Below are positions 43,735-51,951 of a stretch of 64,000 bases of DNA, piece after piece. A program made the position numbers and the translations under genes. Numbering within the stretch: position 1 is the stretch's first letter; every line of letters starts with the position of its first letter. The notes below the pieces were generated by a model. The model saw only the letters and a program-made list of their open reading frames with translations, had not been told where the DNA came from and did no database searches. The stretch is from positions 39,458 to 103,457 of the forward strand of contig CAJOJV010000001.1 of assembly GCA_905234995.1 (NCBI GenBank), in the 5' to 3' direction. This DNA is from an uncultured Eubacterium sp. (GTDB lineage Bacteria; Bacillota; Clostridia; Oscillospirales; Acutalibacteraceae).

Positions 43735-44619
43735 TTATTTGTTTCTGTTAACAAGCTCATAAGCAAGAGCTTCAATAAAGTCTGTGTTACTAAACTTGGA
43801 GAGCGAAGCTATTGCAAGCTTCGTATATTTCTCAACATCATTTTGTGCACGCTCAAGACCGACGAGCGTAACATAAGTCGTTTTGTTATTGTTAGCGTCA
43901 GAGCCTACAGGCTTTCCGAGAGTTGCGGAATTGCCGACAACGTCAAGAATATCATCCTTAATCTGAAATGCAATTCCGAGATTGTAAGCAAAATTGGAGG
44001 CAGCCATCATCTGCTCATCGTTCGCATTACCTGCAATGCAGCCCATAAGACAGGCGGCTGAAATAAGAGCTCCCGTCTTAAGCTTATGAACGGATAATAT
44101 CTGCTCCAGGCTCGGTTTTTTGCTTTCATATTTAAGGTCAATAACCTGTCCGCCAAGCATTCCGATAACGCCGCTGTTCTGAGAAAGAAGCCCGCTTGCA
44201 AGCACTTTCTGAGCGTCGGAAAAATTAGACTCACTAACAATTCCGAAAGCCTCAGTCAGCAAAGCATCTCCTGCAAGAAGTGCAATTGCCTCGCCGAATT
44301 GCTTATGGCAGCTTGGCTTTCCGCGGCGCATATCGTCATCATCCATACAGGGCAAATCATCGTGAATAAGGCTGTACGTGTGAATATATTCAATTGCACA
44401 GGCTAAATCAAGCGATTCATATCTGTCAACTCCGAGAGCTTTTGCAAACTCCATACAGAATACGGGTCTTAACCTTTTTCCTCCGTTTGAAAGGCTGTAT
44501 TCCATTGCCTTAACAACAGCTCCCTGTCCGTCATAGCAGGCAGGTAAAAGCTCAAGCAAACGCTTGTCTACGAGCGCAATGTCATTATTAAGAATGTTTT
44601 CAAATTCAATATCCGTCAT
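43735..44619 (-). CDS. ispA: polyprenyl (farnesyl/geranylgeranyl) diphosphate synthase
   Basis: 294 aa. First and second Asp-rich motifs are IHDDLPCMDDDDMRRG and FQIKDDILD. Confidence 0.92.
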   Translation of the reverse strand: MTDIEFENILNNDIALVDKRLLELLPACYDGQGAVVKAMEYSLSNGGKRLRPVFCMEFAKALGVDRYESLDLACAIEYIHTYSLIHDDLPCMDDDDMRRGKPSCHKQFGEAIALLAGDALLTEAFGIVSESNFSDAQKVLASGLLSQNSGVIGMLGGQVIDLKYESKKPSLEQILSVHKLKTGALISAACLMGCIAGNANDEQMMAASNFAYNLGIAFQIKDDILDVVGNSATLGKPVGSDANNNKTTYVTLVGLERAQNDVEKYTKLAIASLSKFSNTDFIEALAYELVNRNK

Positions 44620-44621
44620 AA

Positions 44622-44810
44622 TTAATCCTTTGAAATCTCAGTGATTTTCTGTTTTGCGTTTTCAAGCTTATCCCTGCAAAATGCAGTTAATTTAGTTCCC
44701 TCCTCAAAAAGCTTTATGCTTTCATCAAGAGAGGTTTTATTCTTTTCAAGCAGCGCAAGTATTTCCTCAAGCCTTGCAACTGCCTTTTCATAAGTCATTT
44801 CATCACTCAT
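44622..44810 (-). CDS. xseB: exodeoxyribonuclease VII small subunit
   Basis: 62 aa helical protein (YEKAVARLEEILALLE...SLDESIKLFEEG) immediately after xseA. Confidence 0.9.
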   Translation of the reverse strand: MSDEMTYEKAVARLEEILALLEKNKTSLDESIKLFEEGTKLTAFCRDKLENAKQKITEISKD

Positions 44811-46005
44811 TAATAATTACCTCGTTTACCGTGCAATTCAGAACACCGTCCGAAATCAGCACGGAAATTCTGTCTTCTTCATCAATTTCGTTAACGCTTT
44901 CAATCACACTGCCGTCAATTAATGCAACGGAATATCCTCTTGCAAGCACGGCAAGCGGACTTAACGCGTCAAGCTTACCTGCAATAACCGCCAAAACGTT
45001 CATTTTAGTATTAAGCAAATTGAGATATGCATCTGAAATATCATTTTGATAAGCGTCAATCTTATCCGAGTATTCGGTTATAAAGCATTCAAAATCCGAA
45101 AGCGCGCTATTCTCTGAAATGTTATCAATTAACTGAAGCTCACTCTCAATCCTTGAATTAATATAAAGCTTCAATTGGTTCTCGGCAAAGCAGTTAAACT
45201 CAATGAGATTGTTAATATCAGGGCAGCAAAGCTCTGCTGCAGCGCTTGGAGTGGGAGCTCTCAAATCCGCAACGAAATCGCAAATCGTGTAATCGGACTC
45301 GTGACCTACTGCAGAAACAACGGGAGTTTTGCAGGCAACAACCGCGCGGGCAACCTCTTCTGTGTTAAACGCCCATAAATCCTCAATTGAGCCGCCGCCC
45401 CTGCCGACGATTATAACATCAACGTCATCAATTGCATCAAGCGCTTTTATTGATTTTACAATATCGGGAGCAGCAGCCTCGCCCTGCACGACTGTCGGCG
45501 CAATAACGAGCTCCGCAAGAGGATAGCGCCTTGACGTGATATTTTTTATATCCTCAACCGCTGCACCGATATTTGAAGTTGCAACTCCGATTTTCCTCGG
45601 AAATACGGGAAGCGGCTTTTTTAGAGCTTCATCACATACGCCCTCATTAAACAGCTTTTGCTTAAGCTGCTCATAAGCAAGGTTGAGAGCTCCTACGCCG
45701 TCAGGCTGCATATCATCTGCGTAAAGCTGATATTCGCCGTTTTTTTCATAAACGGATATTCTGCCGCGGCAAATAATTTTCATACCGTTTTCCGGCTTAA
45801 AACGCAGCTTTGAAGCCGCGGTTGAAAACATAACGCATTTAAGCTGACTATCCGCATCCTTTAGCGTGAAATACATATGACCCGAGCGATAATAATGTGT
45901 AAAATTAGAAATCTCGCCGCTGACATAAATGTTATTTAAAGGTGCGCTTTCATCAAGCAAGGCTTTTATATAAGTATTAACTTGTGAAACAGTTATAACA
46001 TTCAT
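44803..46005 (-). CDS. xseA: exodeoxyribonuclease VII large subunit
   Basis: 400 aa with an N-terminal OB fold (VSGEISNF...SGHMYFTLKD) and catalytic core (RGGGSIEDLWAFN). Confidence 0.93.
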   Translation of the reverse strand: MNVITVSQVNTYIKALLDESAPLNNIYVSGEISNFTHYYRSGHMYFTLKDADSQLKCVMFSTAASKLRFKPENGMKIICRGRISVYEKNGEYQLYADDMQPDGVGALNLAYEQLKQKLFNEGVCDEALKKPLPVFPRKIGVATSNIGAAVEDIKNITSRRYPLAELVIAPTVVQGEAAAPDIVKSIKALDAIDDVDVIIVGRGGGSIEDLWAFNTEEVARAVVACKTPVVSAVGHESDYTICDFVADLRAPTPSAAAELCCPDINNLIEFNCFAENQLKLYINSRIESELQLIDNISENSALSDFECFITEYSDKIDAYQNDISDAYLNLLNTKMNVLAVIAGKLDALSPLAVLARGYSVALIDGSVIESVNEIDEEDRISVLISDGVLNCTVNEVIINE

Positions 46006-46937
46006 ATCTGTTTTCCGTTATATTTCAAATAAGCATAAATCGCAGTGCCCGCAGCGTTATCACAGCTGAATTCAGGCGCAGCAAAACAAGCGTCATATTT
46101 ATTTTTAATTGAATTTCTGAGCATTGAGTTTGAGGAAACGCCACCGGAGAAAACAATCGGCATATTGCCGTATACGCCAATTATTCTTTCAAGCATTTCA
46201 TCTACAGCAACACATATACTTTGAATAACGAAGGCGGCAATATCAGCATCACATTCGCCGCTTTCAAGCATTTTGTGCGCTTTATTCTCAATGCCGCTGA
46301 GAGAGCAATCAAGCCCATTAAAGGAAGGCTTAATATTGAACCTTTTATTGGAAAGCTTCGAAAGCCTGTCAAGCTCTGCGCCGCAGGGAAACTTTAAGCC
46401 AAGCATAACGCCCGCTCTGTCAATCGCCTGCCCCGCCTTTAAATCAAGGCTTTGAGCAATTATTTCAGCTTTAATCAATTCATCGCAGTCGGGAGTGACA
46501 AGAAGCGCCTCGGTCGTGCCGCCGCTTAAATGAAAAGCGATAAAGGGCTTTTCCGTAAGATTAAGCTTTTTGCAAGAAAACAGCGCAGAAAGAATATGAC
46601 CTACCTGATGTGAGGTTTTGTATACGCCGCACCTTCCGAATGCACAGGCTTCCGCCGTATTCTCACCAACGAGAAAGCAAGGCATATAGCTGCCGTCAAC
46701 ATTTCTCGGCTTATTACTTACACCGATTGCATCAAGCTTAAAATCCGAGCCTAATTCATCTGCAAGGGAATTAATAAGCTTCGCCAGATTTACGGTATGC
46801 TGAAACACAGCTTCACTCTGACGCAAACCGCGCTCTCCCTGCCTAACCTCAAGCAGCTTTTTTCTCTGAATAACGGTGCTTCCGTCAAAGGCTGCAACAG
46901 AGGTTGTATAATTACTTGTATCAAATCCGATAAACAT
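46002..46937 (-). CDS. Kae1/TsaD-like (glycoprotease/ASKHA fold) protein, short paralog
   Basis: 311 aa. N-terminal FIGFDTSNYTTSVA (ASKHA phosphate-1 motif), an HxxxH metal motif (SHQVGH) and C-terminal GGVSSN. Confidence 0.7.
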   Translation of the reverse strand: MFIGFDTSNYTTSVAAFDGSTVIQRKKLLEVRQGERGLRQSEAVFQHTVNLAKLINSLADELGSDFKLDAIGVSNKPRNVDGSYMPCFLVGENTAEACAFGRCGVYKTSHQVGHILSALFSCKKLNLTEKPFIAFHLSGGTTEALLVTPDCDELIKAEIIAQSLDLKAGQAIDRAGVMLGLKFPCGAELDRLSKLSNKRFNIKPSFNGLDCSLSGIENKAHKMLESGECDADIAAFVIQSICVAVDEMLERIIGVYGNMPIVFSGGVSSNSMLRNSIKNKYDACFAAPEFSCDNAAGTAIYAYLKYNGKQI

Positions 46938-47332
46938 TACTCTTTATCCCTTGAATAGCTGCCGAGGATTCCGTTGATAAAACTGTAATCCCCGTCGCCC
47001 GAAAACTTTTTTGCAAGCTCTACGGCTTCATTAATTGCAACGCTTTCGGGAACCTCGTCAAAATAAAGCATTTCGCAAAGCGCAAGCCTCAGAATTGCAA
47101 GATTCACCTTAGGAATTCTGTTAATGCGCCAGCCCTTAAGATACTTTGAAATAATTTCATCAAGCTTGTCCCGATTATCAAAAGCGGTTTCAAAGCACAG
47201 CCTGCCGTAATCGGAAAGCTCTGCAAAGTTTTCTATAAAAACCTCTTCAATTTCAGCGCAGCTTTTCTCCTCGAAAAACTCCTTTTCATACAGAAGATAA
47301 AAAGCCTGCTCTCTCATTTCACTGCGGTTCAT
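46937..47332 (-). CDS. nusB: transcription antitermination factor NusB
   Basis: 131 aa. REQAFYLLYEKEF ... AILRLALCEMLYFDEVPESVAINEAVELAK is the NusB fold signature. Confidence 0.93.
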   Translation of the reverse strand: MNRSEMREQAFYLLYEKEFFEEKSCAEIEEVFIENFAELSDYGRLCFETAFDNRDKLDEIISKYLKGWRINRIPKVNLAILRLALCEMLYFDEVPESVAINEAVELAKKFSGDGDYSFINGILGSYSRDKE

Positions 47333-47625
47333 ATATGCCCTCCAAAGGCAGAGTAAGACGAATCCAAAACCGGTTTTAAATGGCAGATTTGTTTTATCTC
47401 TGCGTTATTAATACCCGGAATACGAAAGTATTCCTGCGTTTTTTGCCTTGACCTAAACCAAATCTGTTCATTTTAAACTGCCTTGCACCTAAATCGCTTA
47501 TAGTTAAGATGAAATCCGGCTTTTGAGGTCGCAGCTTTGCTGGCGTAAAGCAAGAACGAAAATGCCGAAGTTCGCTTAAATACTGCGATTTAGGCGATTT
47601 AGATTCGACTTGCTCTGTATAATCA
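47333..47625. other. unassigned structured intergenic region (candidate nusB leader or small RNA)
   Basis: About 290 nt with no credible CDS. Four elements stand out:
- A tandem 9-mer GCGATTTAG x2 at 47585..47602.
- Its perfect reverse complement CCTAAATCGC at 47488..47497.
- A second complementary pair, CAGATTTG at 47384..47391 and CAAATCTG at 47459..47466.
- That pair encloses the hairpin GGAATAC-gaaa-GTATTCC at 47417..47434. Confidence 0.35.
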
Positions 47626-47670
47626 AACAAAAATAAGGCTGAAAATAAAAATACTTTCAGCCGAATTTTT
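47626..47670. terminator. bidirectional rho-independent terminator after asp23
   Basis: Stem GGCTGAAA (47637..47644) pairs with TTTCAGCC (47655..47662). The minus strand is followed by TTATTTTTGTTTG, and the plus strand by GAATTTTT. Confidence 0.75.
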
Positions 47671-48061
47671 AGTCCTCATTAATTTCTGTAGGTGCATTTG
47701 ACGGCTGCTCACCGTTATCAACAGAGGCAATAATAACATTGACCTTTGAAACGAGCTTGCCGGTCATATTCTGAACGGATTCCTTAACAGCCCTCTGAAC
47801 CTCTTCGGCAATAGGCTGAATTTTCTTTCCGCTTTCAATAACGATATATACGCTGATATTGAGGTCATCACCCTCCTGCAAAACGCGAACGGGGCTCATA
47901 ACCTTTAAGCTGCCTTTTCTTATGGTTGTAACAACATCGGCAGGTCTGTTTGAAAATCCTGTTACTCCGGCAACATCCTTTGCCGCGTTAACTACAATTG
48001 AGGATACAGCCTCATCTGAAATTACAAGGCTTCCCTTTGAAGTGGACTGAGAAATTTCCAT
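47669..48061 (-). CDS. Asp23/Gls24 family envelope stress protein
   Basis: 130 aa. GSLVISDEAVSSIVVNAAKDVAGV matches Asp23 (DUF322). The position between spoIIIAH and nusB equals that of Bacillus yqhY. An AAGGAGG SD sits 8 nt upstream. Confidence 0.88.
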   Translation of the reverse strand: MEISQSTSKGSLVISDEAVSSIVVNAAKDVAGVTGFSNRPADVVTTIRKGSLKVMSPVRVLQEGDDLNISVYIVIESGKKIQPIAEEVQRAVKESVQNMTGKLVSKVNVIIASVDNGEQPSNAPTEINED

Positions 48062-48085
48062 AATTAACGCCTCCTTGATTAAAGT

Positions 48086-48114
48086 ATTTTATCATAATTA
48101 AAATACTAATACAA
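48086..48114 (-). promoter_or_regulatory. possible sigma-A promoter for asp23
   Basis: The minus strand reads TTGTAT (48114..48109), a 17-nt spacer, then TAAAAT (48091..48086). Confidence 0.4.
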
Positions 48115-48149
48115 GAGGAATTTTAAATATTTATACATTTTTTGTATTT

Positions 48150-48776
48150 TTATTCCGACTGAATTATAGTGACGTTTTCAAAACCGCAATTTAGCTGAGA
48201 AATGGCAATTTCCTTAATCTGCAGAATCAGCTCATCAGTAAGCTCGTTGCTGTCAACGATAACGTCAACGCGGCTGCCGTCCTCGCTTACAACGGCAATT
48301 GAATTATTTACTCCCTTTGCCTCAACAAGCGTTTCGATTTTATTCTCAATCTCAATGTATGAGGAATATGCCGCAATCTGCTCTGCGGCAATTTTGCGCG
48401 CTTCATCATCCTCATCCGTCGAGGAAACTATGCTTTGCAGCTTTTCAAGCGCCTCATCACGCGCCTGTTGGCGTTCAAGTCTTGCAGAGGAAAAATATTC
48501 ATTTTCGCCCTTGTCACTAACCTCGGCGGTTGCGTCAACAAAGGTTGCCTCGCCGAGAGTTCTAACGGGAGAGGTTATTGAATCCACCTTAGTTGAAATA
48601 TCGCTGTTTTCCCAGTACCAGTTACCTCCGATTCCGACAGCAAGCAGGAAAACGAATACGGAAATTACCGTCTTTCTTTTACGGATTTTTCTTTTTCTGA
48701 TTTCATCCTCGGTCATTAAGCCCTTAAGCTGCTTCTTGCTCATTTCTTTTTCGTTAATTTCATCCATAATCGTCAC
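48150..48776 (-). CDS. spoIIIAH: stage III sporulation protein AH
   Basis: 208 aa. Single N-terminal TM plus a YscJ/FliF-like C-terminal domain. It is the last gene of the spoIIIA operon by position. Confidence 0.85.
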   Translation of the reverse strand: MTIMDEINEKEMSKKQLKGLMTEDEIRKRKIRKRKTVISVFVFLLAVGIGGNWYWENSDISTKVDSITSPVRTLGEATFVDATAEVSDKGENEYFSSARLERQQARDEALEKLQSIVSSTDEDDEARKIAAEQIAAYSSYIEIENKIETLVEAKGVNNSIAVVSEDGSRVDVIVDSNELTDELILQIKEIAISQLNCGFENVTIIQSE

Positions 48777-49321
48777 CCTTTATCTGTTAGTTTGGAGACC
48801 GAAACCCTGTTTGCGGGAAGGTTAAACAGCGCACAAACGCAATTAATGATATTCTCGCGCACTGCGTTATTATCACCGCCGCTGCATACAACGGCAACGC
48901 CCTCTATTGCAGGAAAGTTCTCTTTTAATAAAATCGGAGAATCTCCGTTTTCGCTTTCATAAATAACATATTCATTGTTTTTTGAATTAGAACTATCCGA
49001 ATAGCTGTTCTCGATGTTTTGCGCATAAAATTTTTCATTGGTGTTTTTCAGCGTAATCATAACCTTACATGTCCCGACTCCGTTAATACTTGAAATTATC
49101 TCAGAAAGCTCATTCTCAAGTCCTTTTACATATTCGGAATAATTACCGCTGAATGAAACCGTAGCAGAGTCTTTGACTTTATTTACCGGCAGCTTTATTT
49201 CGGACAGCAGAATGAGGAGCACGCCTATTGCGCCGAGCACAACTAAAAGCCTGCGCCTTTTATCATTATTTTCAAGCAACGGCTTGAGGCTTTTTATTAG
49301 CTTATCTCTGTTAAAATTCAA
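48773..49321 (-). CDS. spoIIIAG: stage III sporulation protein AG
   Basis: 182 aa with an N-terminal TM (RLLVVLGAIGVLLILL) and a C-terminal ring-building motif domain. Assigned by operon position. Confidence 0.85.
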   Translation of the reverse strand: MNFNRDKLIKSLKPLLENNDKRRRLLVVLGAIGVLLILLSEIKLPVNKVKDSATVSFSGNYSEYVKGLENELSEIISSINGVGTCKVMITLKNTNEKFYAQNIENSYSDSSNSKNNEYVIYESENGDSPILLKENFPAIEGVAVVCSGGDNNAVRENIINCVCALFNLPANRVSVSKLTDKG

Positions 49322-49751
49322 CTGATTTCACCTCGCACACCAAGCCAAGATTATCGTATATTAAATTCTTTACGTCATCAGGATTATGATCAATATCTAT
49401 ACAAACAGTAATATTGTTGATTTCAATAACGTTGTCGTTAACATCGGCATTTACGTTTATTTGAGCGTTATCAATCCCGTTCTTTACAAGCTCCGAGGAA
49501 ATCAGCGTTTTAATTTCATTTTCATACGTTATTACTAAATCAGCCTGAGCGTAAGATTCGAAATTATAATCAATTTTAAAATCATTAAAGCTGAACTCCG
49601 TTAAAGGAAATATAAACGAGGCAAAAATAAATATCGAAATAATTATTTTATAAAATTTTCCCATCGAGCCTTTGGGACTAAGAAATGAAAATACAACGCT
49701 GATTAAAAGAGTAGTGCATATACTGAAAACCCACTGTTTTATAAAGCTCAT
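49311..49751 (-). CDS. spoIIIAF: stage III sporulation protein AF
   Basis: 146 aa with two N-terminal TM helices. Assigned by operon position. Confidence 0.8.
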   Translation of the reverse strand: MSFIKQWVFSICTTLLISVVFSFLSPKGSMGKFYKIIISIFIFASFIFPLTEFSFNDFKIDYNFESYAQADLVITYENEIKTLISSELVKNGIDNAQINVNADVNDNVIEINNITVCIDIDHNPDDVKNLIYDNLGLVCEVKSVEF

Positions 49752-50905
49752 TACGCACTTCCTTTAGCCGCAATCAGAATGCCGATTGAAATTATCGTCG
49801 TGGTCATAGTCAGCAGCAGTAAGACATTCATTATAAGTAAGGCGTTAATAAAGGCGTCTAAAATACATTTAACGGAGCCGTCATTGAAAACGTCTGAAAC
49901 CGCTGAGCAAAGCGAAAGAAACAATCTCCAGATACTAACGCTTATAATTGACGGAAGAAATATTGCGGCAACAGCTATTATTCCGACTATCCCGACACTG
50001 CTTTTTACAAGCGATGAATATGCCTGAATTGAAAGCAGTCCCTCGCTGATTGCTCCGCCTATAACGGGAACAACAGAATTTATTGCAAACCTGATTGAAC
50101 GTATTCCGATGACGTCAGCTTTTGCGGCTACAACGGTTTTGATTGAAAGCACTGAGACGAAACCCGTTGCGCATAATGAAATTGCGGTGGTTATATATTT
50201 TTTAAGCGTTTGAATTAATGCATACAGATTGGAATCGCTTCTGATACCCGAAGCTATGCTTAAAGCCAGAATGCAATTTGAAACAGGCAGAAACAAATTC
50301 TTTGAAATATAATTTACAGCCTGTCCGAGAGCAAGTAGCATACCGTTAGACGTAACCGCCGCAAGCGTATTGCCCGAGGCGGCAACAATAATCAAAAATG
50401 CAGGTACGAAGGCAAATATAAAATCGGCGCAAACGGAGATTGAAGCGGCTGACACAGCAATCGTTTCTTTGATTTCCGCAAGCAGAATCAGCGCAATAAC
50501 TATCGCACTGACGCTTGAAAACAGCGAAGCCATCTCACCTTCCTGCGAAGCCTCCTTAATACCCTGAAAGAATGATGAAAGGCAAAGAATTATAAAAACG
50601 AGCGCAACGGATTTTAGCGGGTTTTGAAGCTTTTGAATGAACAAATCTTTAAATATATTTATTAAGTCGGACATTGAAAGATTAATTATCTTTGAATAAT
50701 CAAAATCAAGCAAGCCGAGCGCGTCCAAAACCTCTCTGCTTTCATCGTCAAGCTCTTCTACGAATGAGGTATCATAGCCCGAAAGCATTGAGCCGTATTC
50801 GTCGTTATCATAATCAAATGCATAAGCATTAAAACTCGAAAGCGTTGAAAATATTGCCATCATAATTATACAAACTGTAATACTTTTAACTGTCTTTTCT
50901 TTCAT
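49751..50905 (-). CDS. spoIIIAE: stage III sporulation protein AE
   Basis: 384 aa with a signal/TM segment and about 7 TM helices, the typical SpoIIIAE size and topology. Confidence 0.88.
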   Translation of the reverse strand: MKEKTVKSITVCIIMMAIFSTLSSFNAYAFDYDNDEYGSMLSGYDTSFVEELDDESREVLDALGLLDFDYSKIINLSMSDLINIFKDLFIQKLQNPLKSVALVFIILCLSSFFQGIKEASQEGEMASLFSSVSAIVIALILLAEIKETIAVSAASISVCADFIFAFVPAFLIIVAASGNTLAAVTSNGMLLALGQAVNYISKNLFLPVSNCILALSIASGIRSDSNLYALIQTLKKYITTAISLCATGFVSVLSIKTVVAAKADVIGIRSIRFAINSVVPVIGGAISEGLLSIQAYSSLVKSSVGIVGIIAVAAIFLPSIISVSIWRLFLSLCSAVSDVFNDGSVKCILDAFINALLIMNVLLLLTMTTTIISIGILIAAKGSA

Positions 50906-51282
50906 ACAAGCAATCCCGAAACTGCTTTGATTACTGCATCAAGAAGCGGCATAATCATTGCAATTATAATTATTTTTGCGGCAAGCTCAGTTTGTCCGGC
51001 GAGCGCGCTTTCGCCCGAATCCCTGCACACATCCGCTATCAGTTGAGTGATTAGCGCAATTCCGAGCGTTTTCAACATAAGCTTTATGTATGCAGAAGCC
51101 TCAGCCGATTCAGACGAAATGCTGAGAAGATTATCAAAAATGTCTGACAGGCTTCCGATAACCCTTGCAAATAAAATGCAGGCTGCGCACAAAACAAGTA
51201 TTGCCGAAAAGGAAGGGTTAGTGCTTTTCAGAATTAACGCAAGCATAAGGCTTATTATTGCTATTCCTATAATCTGCGTCAT
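50902..51282 (-). CDS. spoIIIAD: stage III sporulation protein AD
   Basis: 126 aa, 4-TM protein that aligns by eye with Bacillus SpoIIIAD. Confidence 0.88.
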   Translation of the reverse strand: MTQIIGIAIISLMLALILKSTNPSFSAILVLCAACILFARVIGSLSDIFDNLLSISSESAEASAYIKLMLKTLGIALITQLIADVCRDSGESALAGQTELAAKIIIIAMIMPLLDAVIKAVSGLLV

Positions 51283-51473
51283 AAGCTGAACAAGGACTTA
51301 ACCGTTGAAAATAAATCGCTAATTTTCGGTATAATCATCATAAGAACGACAATTATACCTGCAAGCGCTGTCATCATTGCCTGGTCTTCCCTGCCGCTTT
51401 TTGCAAGCACCGTGTTGAGCACCGCAACGATTACACCTACTGCTGCTATTTTGAATATAAAATTGATTTCCAT
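51279..51473 (-). CDS. spoIIIAC: stage III sporulation protein AC
   Basis: 64 aa, 2-TM protein (FKIAAVGVIVAVLNTVL...) resembling Bacillus SpoIIIAC. Confidence 0.88.
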   Translation of the reverse strand: MEINFIFKIAAVGVIVAVLNTVLAKSGREDQAMMTALAGIIVVLMMIIPKISDLFSTVKSLFSL

Positions 51474-51488
51474 TTATACCTCCGCAGA

Positions 51489-51950
51489 TTATAAAAGCAT
51501 AACCGTAACCGCCGCTCCTGAGAGCATTCCCGAAGCAATGTACAGCTTTGAGCGGCTTTTTACTTGCTCGGAATGAAGCTCTCTGCGCTCATTGAAATAT
51601 CCCTCAAATGCCGTCAGTTCATCAAGCATTGACGCCGTATCAACACTCCCGAGCTGCCTGAATATATAGTTAATTCTTTCGTTTTCCTCTGCTGATAAGG
51701 GGGTTATGATATCAGGCGCTTCGTAATTTAAAGTGCAGATAAAGCTTAGATGAGAAAGAATTTTTTCATTTTTCATTCTTTTGATTATTTCCGAATAAGA
51801 AGCTGATGAAAAGGATAGCTCCGTTTTAATCGTTCTCGCCATCAGGGAAAGCTCTCTGCAGATTATTTCCTTTTCCTTTAACGAATATGCCGCGATCAGT
51901 CCAGAGACAGTAAATACGAGATTTATTATTATGATTCCGATGAATTTCAT
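51489..51950 (-). CDS. spoIIIAB: stage III sporulation protein AB
   Basis: Starting at the ATG at 51950 (MKFIGIIIINLV) gives an N-terminal TM directly at the start, as in Bacillus SpoIIIAB. The track start at 51980 lies inside spoIIIAA. Confidence 0.85.
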   Translation of the reverse strand: MKFIGIIIINLVFTVSGLIAAYSLKEKEIICRELSLMARTIKTELSFSSASYSEIIKRMKNEKILSHLSFICTLNYEAPDIITPLSAEENERINYIFRQLGSVDTASMLDELTAFEGYFNERRELHSEQVKSRSKLYIASGMLSGAAVTVMLL

Positions 51951-51951
51951 A

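Noticed and set aside
47545-47557. Possible boxA-like element (minus strand GTTCTTGCTTTAC) in the putative nusB leader, which would suggest Nus-factor autoregulation
   Set aside because: Only the first 6-7 nt (GTTCTT) match the Firmicute boxA pattern as I recall it (TGTTCTTTGAAAA). The remainder diverges, so this is too weak to call without an alignment of homologous leaders.
47394-47630. 78-aa minus-strand ORF (MFDYTEQVESKSPKSQYLSELRHFRS...) filling the asp23-nusB gap
   Set aside because: It has a non-ATG start and no SD, and begins immediately after a terminator T-tract. Its composition is odd: basic and low in hydrophobic periodicity. The frame also runs straight through the complementary repeat segments, which are better explained as RNA structure.
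48202-48825. 207-aa plus-strand ORF antisense to spoIIIAH/AG
   Set aside because: It is Ser/Leu-rich and low-complexity, a shadow frame of a well-supported minus-strand gene, with no SD. The same reasoning applies to the other antisense track ORFs, for example 37446..37931, 58409..58879, 38724..39086 and 13959..14279.
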